Assembly (NCBI GenBank): GCA_035536935.1
Contig: DATLNC010000183.1
Coordinates: 188-64,187 of the forward strand
Reading direction: 5' to 3'
Source of the DNA: Thermoanaerobaculia bacterium
GTDB lineage: Bacteria > Acidobacteriota > Thermoanaerobaculia > Multivoradales > UBA5704
DNA: 64,000 nt
The notes below the pieces were generated by a model. That model did no database searches, was not told the origin of the DNA, and saw only the letters and a list, made by a program, of their open reading frames with translations. The position numbers and the translations under genes are program-made. Shown here piece after piece: positions 1 through 7,611 of the stretch. Positions within the stretch are counted from its first letter, which is position 1. The number at the start of each line of letters is the position of its first letter.

Positions 1-1
1 G

Positions 2-610
2 GTCCAGCGCTGCTTCGCGGATCAGGAGGCCCAGGAGGACCCCCTCACCGGCGCGCTCCTGCGCCGCGCCCTGGAGCCCCGGCTCAATCAGGCGTACAGC
101 CGGGTCCTCCAGAACGGCGGCGCCATGTCCGTGATCCTCTGCGACATCGACCATTTCAAGCGGATCAACGACACTTTCGGCCACGCCGTGGGGGACCGGG
201 CGCTCGTCGCCGTCGCGGACGTGCTCAAGGGGAGCCGGCGGGATGGAGACCTCTGCTGCCGTTACGGCGGCGAGGAGTTCCTCCTCCTGGTGGATGGCAT
301 CGGCGGCGAGGATGCCTTGAGCATGGCCGAGCGGCTGCGCCGGACCGTGGAGGAGCTCGCCTTCGAGGTGGAAGGCCAGCGGGTGCCGCTCTCCTTCAGC
401 GCCGGGGTGGCCAGCTTCCCTGACCTCTACATGAAGTCCGCGGCCGAGCTGATCCTGTTCGCGGACGAGGCGCTCTACGAGTCCAAGCGCCGGGGACGCA
501 ACCGCTGCCTCCTCGACCTCGGCCAGGGGAAGTACCTGGATGCCGAGGGGAACGTGCTCGCCTCGGGCGAGGCGGCCGCGGCGCAGGCGGCTCCCCGGAT
601 CTTTGCGTGA
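2..610 (+). CDS. GGDEF-domain diguanylate cyclase, 5' end outside the window
   Basis: The frame is open from the window edge. Motifs: DPLTGALLRR, ILCDIDHFKRINDTFGH, RYGGEEFLLL (GGEEF site), ADEALYESKRRGRNR. ORF 125..610 is the C-terminal part. Confidence 0.85.
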   Translation, partial: VQRCFADQEAQEDPLTGALLRRALEPRLNQAYSRVLQNGGAMSVILCDIDHFKRINDTFGHAVGDRALVAVADVLKGSRRDGDLCCRYGGEEFLLLVDGIGGEDALSMAERLRRTVEELAFEVEGQRVPLSFSAGVASFPDLYMKSAAELILFADEALYESKRRGRNRCLLDLGQGKYLDAEGNVLASGEAAAAQAAPRIFA

Positions 611-663
611 GGGAGACTGATGGAGGCGGTCATCCTAGTCGGCATCGAGGGTTTCGACCGCCT

Positions 664-1440
664 CTATGTCGTCCGGCTCACCGAGGGGAACGAGTTCGTG
701 GTCGAAGAGTAGTCGGCCAGGACGGGGGGCTTCGCCGCGGGATCTTCCAGAAGGCGGAGGGCCGCTTCGAGCACCTCGTGCTGCCGCGGCGGATCGTCCG
801 GAGAATCGAGCGGATAGCCATGGGCGAAGGGGACGAAGAGGGCACGCGGCGGGCGGACCTCTTCCGCGACCTTCCTCAGGAGCATCAGCGTTACGGTGGA
901 GATCCCCTGGCGTTCGAGCTCGGCTGCTACCAGACTCACGGTCTGGTTGCACATCGGTCAGACAGGGACCAGGAGCGCGACATCCACCCCGTCCTCCACC
1001 AGCCGGCGGGCGGCCTCGGGCGCATGGTCGCGCACGAGCCTCCCCGGCGCGGTGATCGAGCCCATGAAGGAGAGATGGCGGTGGTTCAACCCACCGATCC
1101 GGCCGCGCTCCACCAGCTCCCGCGCCCGGTCGAGGGGGAAGGCGAGGTTGGGGTCCCGGTCCATCCCCTCGTGGTCGAAGCTCTGGCTCTTGTGCGTGTC
1201 GATCAGGGTGGAGAGGTCGGCGTCCGCCGGGATCTCGCGGAAGCTGCCGTCGCCTCCGGCAAGGGTCCTCTCGAAGGGCTTCTGCCCGGGGAGCACGAAC
1301 CCCGCGCTGGAGACCAGGGCGAGCCGGCTTTCAGACAGGGGTTTGCGCAGCGGAGCCCAGGGGACCGGATCGATCCGCCGCCAGCGGTATCCCTTGAGGA
1401 ACAGCCGGACCGGAACGCTGAGATCGCCTTCAGTTGCCAG
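664..1440 (-). CDS. GrdB-like (glycine/sarcosine/betaine reductase B family) putative selenoprotein with in-frame TGA at 958-960
   Basis: Same-frame ORFs 958..1296 and 664..954 are separated only by TGA: ...DGVDVALLVPV-[TGA]-PMCNQTVSLVAAELERQGISTV... This gives a U-x-x-C motif, with a hairpin 6 nt downstream. The frame stays open and protein-like upstream of the first canonical start (LSVPVRLFLKGYRWRRIDPVPWAPLRKPLSESRLALVSSAGF). The only start-like codon there is CTG 1438-1440, so the 5' end is uncertain. Confidence 0.6.
925..951 (-). promoter_or_regulatory. Candidate bacterial SECIS hairpin
   Basis: The minus strand reads UGCAACCAGAC-CGUGA-GUCUGGUAGCA. It forms an 11-bp stem with one A.A mismatch and a 5-nt loop containing GU. 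It starts 6 nt after the UGA at 958-960. Confidence 0.45.
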
Positions 1441-1987
1441 CCCGGGTCTCCAGCCGCACCTTGCGGATGAGCACGGGCTCCTTGGGCTCGTGGAAGGCGA
1501 CGTTCCCTTCCAGAAACTTCTCGTTCACCGGCACCGCGCCGATCTTCGCCAGGACGTCCATCCCCTCGATGATCTGGCCGAAGACGGTGAACCGGCCGTC
1601 CAGGTGGGGACGGGGGGCGAGGCAGACGTAGATCTCGGTGCTGCCGCTGTTCGGCGTCTTGTCGTGCGCCAATCCCAGGGCGCCGGCGACGTGCGGGTTC
1701 GAGTTGAACTCGTCCGGCACGGTGGGCCGGCCGCTCTCGCCGCCGTCTCCGGTCTGGATGACGTGCCCGGCGACCACGCGGTAGAAGGGCTTGCCGTCGT
1801 AGAAGCCTTCCTTTACCAGCGCTTTGAAGTTGGCCACGGTCTTGGGCGCGTCCTTCTCGAAGAGCTGGAAGACCATGGTCCCCAGGCTCGTCTCCAGGAC
1901 GGCGACCTCGGTCGGAGCGGGGGCTTGAGCGGAAAGGCTGGCGGTCAGAAGCAGGAGGAGGATCGCGGCTTTTTTCATGGCTGCCAC
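1430..1987 (-). CDS. Secreted cyclophilin-type peptidyl-prolyl cis-trans isomerase
   Basis: Motifs: FYRVVAGHVIQTGD, HDKTPNSGSTEIYVCL, LDGRFTVFGQIIEGMDVL. Signal peptide MKKAAILLLLLTASLSAQA. Start is GTG 1987 or ATG 1978. Confidence 0.9.
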   Translation of the reverse strand: MAAMKKAAILLLLLTASLSAQAPAPTEVAVLETSLGTMVFQLFEKDAPKTVANFKALVKEGFYDGKPFYRVVAGHVIQTGDGGESGRPTVPDEFNSNPHVAGALGLAHDKTPNSGSTEIYVCLAPRPHLDGRFTVFGQIIEGMDVLAKIGAVPVNEKFLEGNVAFHEPKEPVLIRKVRLETRAGN

Positions 1988-1988
1988 T

Positions 1989-3029
1989 TTAGGGCAGCGG
2001 CAGCAACGGGGTCCAGTCCCATTCGGGACATTGTCCTCCGAGAGGGGACATCTCCTGCCGCTCGGTCATCCGGTCCAGCGGCTCGGCCGCCCGGCGGAGG
2101 CTGTCGTACTCGGCCCGGTTGTTGCGCACCGCATCCCCTAACCAGGAGGGTTTCTGCTCCGCGGCGAGGTCTCCGGCGAGGTCCAGGGGGAGGAAGAAGG
2201 CGTCCTCGGGACGTTCCAGCAGCCCGCGGTCCGCGGCCTGGCGGGCGAAGGCGTGGTAGGCGGGAGAGAGGCGGTCGAGCGTGGCGCGCCAGGCCTCCCG
2301 GAACCGGCCCCGGTAGCGGTCGTGCCCGGCGACCGCCGCGGACTCCAACGCCCTCCTCGCCGATTCGGCCCGCTCCGGGGCCTCGGCCCAGGAGGGATCG
2401 AGGATGTCGGGCGGACCGAACAGGGAGAGCTCGGCCCGGCCCCGCGTCCGCAGGTTCCACGCCGCCCGGCTGAGCACGGGGGGCACGTCCTCGCCGGCCG
2501 CCCGTGCCGCTCTCCGGTTGATGGCGGCGATCAGGTCGGAGAGCAGGGCGTCCCCGACCCGGGGGAGCAGCCGGGTGAGGGTCGAGCGGAAGTGCTGCCA
2601 GAGCTGCTCGGGCGTCTCGTTCCAGCGCAGAGTCGAAGGCCGGCGCGGAGGCGGCCGGAAGCGGAGGAGACGGACCCGGTGGAAAGCCAGCGCCGCGCCC
2701 AGCTTCTGGGGGATGGCGGGGTACTGCGCCGCGCCCTCGGGCTCCAGCAGCGCGCCGAGCACCTCCTGCCCGCCGACCACGTCGGCCAGCAGGGGGCGGA
2801 GGTCCTTGCCGTAGAGGTAGAGCCGCAGCCGGATCGTCTTCACCGGCGGAGCGTCGGGCAGGGGGAGCCCCAGGTGGTAGAGGGCGTAGCGCAGGCCCGT
2901 CCCCACTCCGTGGCGGAGCAGGGTCACCCCGAGATGCGACAGGGGGGGCATCGGCCCGGGGGTCAGGAGGGCCCGGCTGTATGCGGGACGCTCCTCGTAA
3001 AGGCCGATGTGTTCCGGCTGTGCCTGCAT
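1989..3029 (-). CDS. Hypothetical protein
   Basis: Coding-like ORF directly upstream of the PPIase gene. Start set at ATG 3027-3029, which is preceded by GGAGAG. No family recognised. Confidence 0.6.
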   Translation of the reverse strand: MQAQPEHIGLYEERPAYSRALLTPGPMPPLSHLGVTLLRHGVGTGLRYALYHLGLPLPDAPPVKTIRLRLYLYGKDLRPLLADVVGGQEVLGALLEPEGAAQYPAIPQKLGAALAFHRVRLLRFRPPPRRPSTLRWNETPEQLWQHFRSTLTRLLPRVGDALLSDLIAAINRRAARAAGEDVPPVLSRAAWNLRTRGRAELSLFGPPDILDPSWAEAPERAESARRALESAAVAGHDRYRGRFREAWRATLDRLSPAYHAFARQAADRGLLERPEDAFFLPLDLAGDLAAEQKPSWLGDAVRNNRAEYDSLRRAAEPLDRMTERQEMSPLGGQCPEWDWTPLLPLP

Positions 3030-3109
3030 GCTGAAGCTCTCCGACCAGATAAGGTAGCACGGAGCCTGGGGTTTCAACCCCAGGCGGAGGACCATGGCAG
3101 AATGAGCCC

Positions 3110-5692
3110 GTGACCGACCTCGCCCTGCCAACTGCCCTTTCCCTGGAGCCCGAGCGCCCGGCCCGGGTATCGCTCGCCTCCCGGATCCGGCCCACTTCCG
3201 ATCCGGACGAGATCCTCGACCTCTTCGTGGACTGGGCCGCCGAGGCCGGGTTCGAGCTCTACCCGGCTCAGGAAGAAGCGCTCCTTGAGATCATGGCCGG
3301 CCGGCACGTGATCCTGAACACCCCGACCGGCTCGGGCAAGTCGCTGGTCGCGCTCGGCCTCCACTTCAAAGCCCTGTGCGAGGGACGGACCTCCTTCTAT
3401 ACGAGCCCGATCAAGGCGCTCGCCTCCGAGAAGTTCTTCGCCCTCTGCGACGAGTTCGGTGCCGAGAACGTGGGCATGCTCACCGGCGACGCCAGCATCA
3501 ACCCCGATGCCCGGGTGCTCTGCTGCACCGCTGAAGTGCTGTCCAACATGGCGCTGCGCCGGGGGGACCGCCTCGACGCCCCCTATGTGGTCATGGACGA
3601 GTTCCACTACTACTCCGACCCGGAGCGGGGCGTGGCCTGGCAGATCCCCCTGATCGTGCTCCCCCGCACGCGTTTCCTCCTGATGTCCGCCACCCTGGGC
3701 GACGTCAGCGGGATCGCCGAGCACGTCCGCCGCCGGACGGAGATCGAGGTCTCCCTGGTCACCTCGGAGCAGCGGCCCGTCCCCCTCGACTTCGACTACC
3801 GGGAGATGCCGCTCCACGAGACGGTCGAGTCCCTGCTCGAAACGGCCAGGTCGCCGATCTACATCGTCAACTTCACGCAGCGGGAGTGCGCCGAGCTGGC
3901 CCAGTCACTCACCAGCATGAAGATCTCCAGCCGGGAGGTGCGCGAGCGCATCCGCGAAGCCATGGGGGGCGTGCGGCTGGATACCCCGTACGGCAAGGAG
4001 TTCCGGCGCTTTCTCTCCTTCGGGATCGGGGTGCACCACGCGGGCCTCCTGCCCAAGTACCGGCTCCTCGTCGAGCAGCTCGCGCAGCAGGGGTTGCTGC
4101 GGGTGATCTCCGGCACCGATACGCTGGGGGTCGGGGTGAACATCCCGATCCGCACGGTGCTCTTCACCCGGCTGGCCAAGTTCGACGGCCGCAAGGTCTC
4201 GCTCCTCTCGGTGCGGGACTTCAAGCAGATCGCCGGCCGCGCCGGGCGCAAGGGGTTCGACACCGAGGGCAGCGTGGTGGCCCAGGCGCCGGAGCACATC
4301 ATCGAGAAGCGCCTGGCCGAGCGCAAAGGGAAGAAAGTACAGGCCAAGTCGGCCGCCAAAGGGGAGGTCACCTGGACCCAGGAGACCTTCGACAAGCTGA
4401 TCACCCGGCCGCCGGAGACCCTGAAGTCCCGCTTCCGGGTCACCCACGGCACGGTCCTCGACCTCCTCCAGCGCGACGCCGAGCTCGACGATCCGGACCT
4501 GCGCAACTTCGACTCCCTGCGCGACCTCATCAGCCACTGCCACGAGGAGGAGGGGTCGAAGGCCCGGCATCTCTCCCAGGCGGCGGTCCTGGTGCGCTCG
4601 CTCTACCGCGCCGGGATCATCCGGATGAAGCGCGACAAGGTGGGCACCTACCTCTGGGCGGTGGTGGCCGAGGACCTCCAGTGGGACTTCTCCCTCCATC
4701 ACGCCCTCTCGCTCTACCTGGTGGAGACGGTCGATCAGCTCAGCCCGGAGTCCGAGACCTACGCGCTCGACCTGATGACCCTGGTCGAGTCGATCCTGGA
4801 GGACCCGGACGTCATCCTCCGCAAGCAGGTGGACAAGATCAAGGGGGAGCTGGTCGCGCAGCTCAAGGCGGACGGCATCCAGTACGAGGAGCGCATGGAG
4901 CGGCTGGAAGAGATCACGCATCCGAAGCCGCTCGCGGACTTCCTCTACGGCACCTACAACCGCTTCCGGGGAGAGCACCCATGGGTGGGCGGGCACGACG
5001 TCCATCCGAAGTCGATCGCCCGCGAGATGTACGAGGGCTACATGTCCTTCGCGGACTATGTGAAGAAATACGGCCTGCAGCGCAGCGAGGGGGTGCTGCT
5101 GCGCTACCTCTCGCAGCTCTACAAGACGCTGGACCAGAGCGTGCCCGAGTACGCGAAGACGGCCGAGGTCTGGGATGCCCTGGGCTACTTCCGGGCGCTG
5201 ATCCACCACACGGACACGAGCCTCCTGGAAGAGTGGGAGAGCCTGCTCCACCCCGAGCTTCGCCTGATGCGCCTGCAGCGCCACCAGGCCGCCGAGGCGC
5301 TCTGGCTCAAGCAGCTGCTCGCCGACCCCAAGGCCTTTGCCGCGAGGATGAGGGCCGAGCTGCACCTGCTCGTCCGCGCCCTCGCCGAGAAGGAGTGGGA
5401 GGACGCCTCCGCGGCGGTGCTCCAGGACGCGGACGATCCCTGGACCCCGGAGCGTTTCGAAGAGTCGCTGAAGCCCTTCTACGAAGAGTACGGCGAGCTG
5501 GTCTTCACCCCGGAGGCCCGCCGCCACCAGCACACCCACATCCGCGAGGTGGACGAGCGCGTCTGGGAAGTGGCCCAGACGATCCTCGACCCGCAGGGCG
5601 ACAACCTCTGGGCCGTGCAGGGGATCGTGGACCTGCGGGACCCGGATGTGATGGACGGCCCGCTGGTGAAGGTGGCGCGGGTGTCGGCGTAG
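3110..5692 (+). CDS. Ski2/DEAD-DEAH-type helicase with a long C-terminal domain (DUF3516-type architecture)
   Basis: Walker A TPTGSGKSLVA, DEFH box VVMDEFHYY, MSATLG, GVHHAGLLP, TDTLGVGVNIP, QIAGRAGRKG. A conserved tail of about 400 aa follows. Confidence 0.85.
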   Translation: MTDLALPTALSLEPERPARVSLASRIRPTSDPDEILDLFVDWAAEAGFELYPAQEEALLEIMAGRHVILNTPTGSGKSLVALGLHFKALCEGRTSFYTSPIKALASEKFFALCDEFGAENVGMLTGDASINPDARVLCCTAEVLSNMALRRGDRLDAPYVVMDEFHYYSDPERGVAWQIPLIVLPRTRFLLMSATLGDVSGIAEHVRRRTEIEVSLVTSEQRPVPLDFDYREMPLHETVESLLETARSPIYIVNFTQRECAELAQSLTSMKISSREVRERIREAMGGVRLDTPYGKEFRRFLSFGIGVHHAGLLPKYRLLVEQLAQQGLLRVISGTDTLGVGVNIPIRTVLFTRLAKFDGRKVSLLSVRDFKQIAGRAGRKGFDTEGSVVAQAPEHIIEKRLAERKGKKVQAKSAAKGEVTWTQETFDKLITRPPETLKSRFRVTHGTVLDLLQRDAELDDPDLRNFDSLRDLISHCHEEEGSKARHLSQAAVLVRSLYRAGIIRMKRDKVGTYLWAVVAEDLQWDFSLHHALSLYLVETVDQLSPESETYALDLMTLVESILEDPDVILRKQVDKIKGELVAQLKADGIQYEERMERLEEITHPKPLADFLYGTYNRFRGEHPWVGGHDVHPKSIAREMYEGYMSFADYVKKYGLQRSEGVLLRYLSQLYKTLDQSVPEYAKTAEVWDALGYFRALIHHTDTSLLEEWESLLHPELRLMRLQRHQAAEALWLKQLLADPKAFAARMRAELHLLVRALAEKEWEDASAAVLQDADDPWTPERFEESLKPFYEEYGELVFTPEARRHQHTHIREVDERVWEVAQTILDPQGDNLWAVQGIVDLRDPDVMDGPLVKVARVSA

Positions 5693-5700
5693 GACCGTCG

Positions 5701-5925
5701 GAACTGACTTCCGGGCGGTGGGAAGTCAGTTCCGGACGATGGGAAGTGACTTCCGGACAGTCGCAAGTGAGCTCCGGAGAGGAGGAAGTGACATCCGGAC
5801 GGTTGGAAGTGAGCTCCGGGCCTTGGGAAGTGAGCTCCGGAGGATGGGATCTCACTTCCGGGTGGTGGGAAGTGACTTCCGAGCGGCGGGGAAGTGACTT
5901 CAGGATGCCCGGAAGTCAGATGCGC
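5701..5925. repeat. Family-A phased palindrome array, copy 1 (11 units of 21 nt)
   Basis: Units start at 5701, 5722, 5743, 5764, 5785, 5806, 5827, 5848, 5869, 5891 and 5912. Core GAAGTGACTTCCGG plus a 7-nt linker RNNNTGG. Confidence 0.95.
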
Positions 5926-5968
5926 GGGAGCCTTCCGGCCCCCGCGCGTTGTTGCGGTCAGCGTCGGC

Positions 5969-6421
5969 TCAGTTGCCGGAAGAAGCCGCCGCGACGGCCA
6001 TGCCCTTGGCCTCTTCGTAGCAGGCGGAGGCGACCGCGCTGTCCTTCTTCAGGCCCAGGGCCTGCCAGCAGGCATCCATCGCGGCCTTCCGGTTGCCCTT
6101 CTCGATCGACATCTGGCCGATGGCAACCAGCGCGTCATGGTTCGGCTGCAGCGCGTTGGAGCTCTGGAACTCCGCCCAGGCCTTCTCCAGGAGCTTCGCC
6201 TTCTTCTTGGCGTCCGTCTCCTTGTCGGCCTTGTCCTTGAAGCGCAGACCCTTGGCGAGGTGGTCGGCGGACTTCACCTGCGGATCCTTGTAGTTGCCAC
6301 CGAAGCTGGTGTTCGAGCCGACGCCGCGGTCACCGGTCGGACTTCCGAATTGCGCGCTCGCCGGAACGGCCAGCGCGAGGGTCAGGACGGCAACGGCGAA
6401 GAGCTTCTTGAAGGTGTTCAT
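5969..6421 (-). CDS. Small secreted helical (TPR-like) protein
   Basis: ATG 6419-6421 is preceded by AGGAGAG. Signal peptide MNTFKKLFAVAVLTLALAVPASAQ. Helical Lys/Ala-rich body. Confidence 0.7.
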   Translation of the reverse strand: MNTFKKLFAVAVLTLALAVPASAQFGSPTGDRGVGSNTSFGGNYKDPQVKSADHLAKGLRFKDKADKETDAKKKAKLLEKAWAEFQSSNALQPNHDALVAIGQMSIEKGNRKAAMDACWQALGLKKDSAVASACYEEAKGMAVAAASSGN

Positions 6422-6789
6422 GACAGGTCTCTCTCCTTTGGTGAGATCTTGCAACTTCTGTTATACGGGTGCAAGGGGTAATTTGTTGAAGCTCACTGCG
6501 CTACCGTCCTCTAGACGGGTCAGGTACTGCCTTGAATCCCTTTCTTTCGCACCTGATTGCGATTGCGATGCCTGCCTCTCCAAATTGATTCCCGGAAGTG
6601 TTTAAACCTTTGTCCTGTCGATGTTTCTGGCTTTCCGGGAGGAAGAGAGGCACGGAGCAGGGCGGATCCGGCGTCCTCCGGAGAGGTCGATCCAGCCCTC
6701 GTCAGGTTGCAGGGGCGAGGAAGTACCCGATTTCCCGCCGCGAAGCACTCTCTTGGGTGAGACCCTTTCGCAAATTTCAAGGAGGAAAA

Positions 6790-7551
6790 ATGTCGCGCAA
6801 GACTTTGGCAGTACTGGCACTCGCTTCGCTGTCGCTGGTTCCCCGGGCGTTCGCCATCACCTATGGCGTGCCCGACGGCGGCGATCATCCGAACGTGGGG
6901 GGAGTGATCCTGCAGGAGCCCGGGGGAGAGAAGTTCCTCGTGTGCACGGGCACGCTCATCTCCCCGACGGTGGTCCTCACCGCGGCGCACTGCATCGACG
7001 CGGGCGCCGCGTATTTCGTCAGCTTCGACCGGGATATCACGTCCAGGTCCAAGCTCTACGCGGGAACGGCGTACGTCCACCCGGGCTACACATTCGCCCA
7101 GAATGACCCCAACGACGTGGCGGTGATCGTGTTTGCGCAGGCGGTCCGGGGGATCACGCCGGCTTCCCTGCCCTCGGCGGGCCTGCTCGACCGCCTGTCG
7201 CTGCACGGCCAGAAGTTCACCGCCGTGGGCTACGGGCTGCACGAGCCGAACATCGGCGGCGGCCCGATCTCGTTCGACGACGTCAGCGACCGCTGGCGCT
7301 CGGTCTCGGAGTTCAACGCGCTGAGCAGCGCCTGGCTGCGGTTGTCGCAGAACCCCGCGACCGGCGATGGCGGGACCTGCTACGGCGACTCGGGCGGTCC
7401 GAACTTCCTCGGCGCGGGCGCCAATGAGACGCCGATCATCGCCGGGGTCACGATCACTGGCGACTACTTCTGCCGCGCCACCAATGCGACCGGCCGGCTC
7501 GACACGCCGTCCGCCCGCTCGTTCCTGGGCGTGTTCGTCACGCTGAATTGA
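6790..7551 (+). CDS. Secreted trypsin-like (S1 family) serine protease
   Basis: GGAGG RBS. Signal peptide MSRKTLAVLALASLSLVPRAFA. Catalytic motifs LTAAHC, NDVAVI, CYGDSGGP. Confidence 0.9.
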   Translation: MSRKTLAVLALASLSLVPRAFAITYGVPDGGDHPNVGGVILQEPGGEKFLVCTGTLISPTVVLTAAHCIDAGAAYFVSFDRDITSRSKLYAGTAYVHPGYTFAQNDPNDVAVIVFAQAVRGITPASLPSAGLLDRLSLHGQKFTAVGYGLHEPNIGGGPISFDDVSDRWRSVSEFNALSSAWLRLSQNPATGDGGTCYGDSGGPNFLGAGANETPIIAGVTITGDYFCRATNATGRLDTPSARSFLGVFVTLN

Positions 7552-7552
7552 C

Positions 7553-7604
7553 CCCGTTCCCCTCTCCCCAGCCCTCTCCCCCGTTCCGGGGGAGAGGGAG
7601 CCGG
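7553..7604. repeat. REP-like hairpin/G4-motif element, copy R1
   Basis: CCCCTCTCCCCAGCCCTCTCCCCC-GTTCC-GGGGGAGAGGG, lying between convergent gene ends. Confidence 0.85.
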
Positions 7605-7611
7605 GCTTCAG

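Noticed and set aside
958-960. Treating the TGA as a true stop, giving two separate small genes or a pseudogene.
   Set aside because: The two ORFs are in the same frame with only one codon between the TGA and the next ORF's first codon. The junction gives a U-x-x-C motif inside one recognisable family, and a hairpin follows at SECIS-like distance. Sec decoding is favoured but not proven (see finding).
896-2473. Very long ORFs in the track that run antisense to, or out of frame with, the genes I called. Examples are 896..2473, 1975..3195, 3886..6240, 3905..5539, 10909..12681, 16256..18961, 29149..31083, 31085..33172, 39257..41188, 44923..47010, 52448..54406 and 56977..60570.
   Set aside because: Their products are Arg/Gly/Pro/Ala-rich, low-complexity and match no family. 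Each overlaps a gene on another frame or strand that carries clear catalytic motifs and an RBS. This is the typical shadow-ORF behaviour of high-GC DNA, where stop codons are rare.
5505-5855. Reading the 21-nt arrays as heptad-repeat proteins (21 nt = 7 codons; track ORFs give SGRWEVT- or ELTSHRP-type repeats).
   Set aside because: The arrays begin right after genuine stop codons. They occur in both orientations and in promoter as well as terminator positions. One frame has a TGA in most units, and no RBS or start precedes them.
5701-5925. CRISPR interpretation of the family A and family B arrays.
   Set aside because: The repeat cores are only about 14 nt. The 'spacers' are 6-8 nt and follow a pattern (RNNNTGG), so they are not unique sequences. 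No cas genes or leader are present in the window.
6598-6789. Upstream in-frame extension of the S1 protease ORF, and ORF 6557..6760, as possible precursor-peptide or leader genes for the TldD/PmbA pair.
   Set aside because: There is no RBS and the composition is non-coding-like. The protease has its own GGAGGA RBS and signal peptide at 6790.
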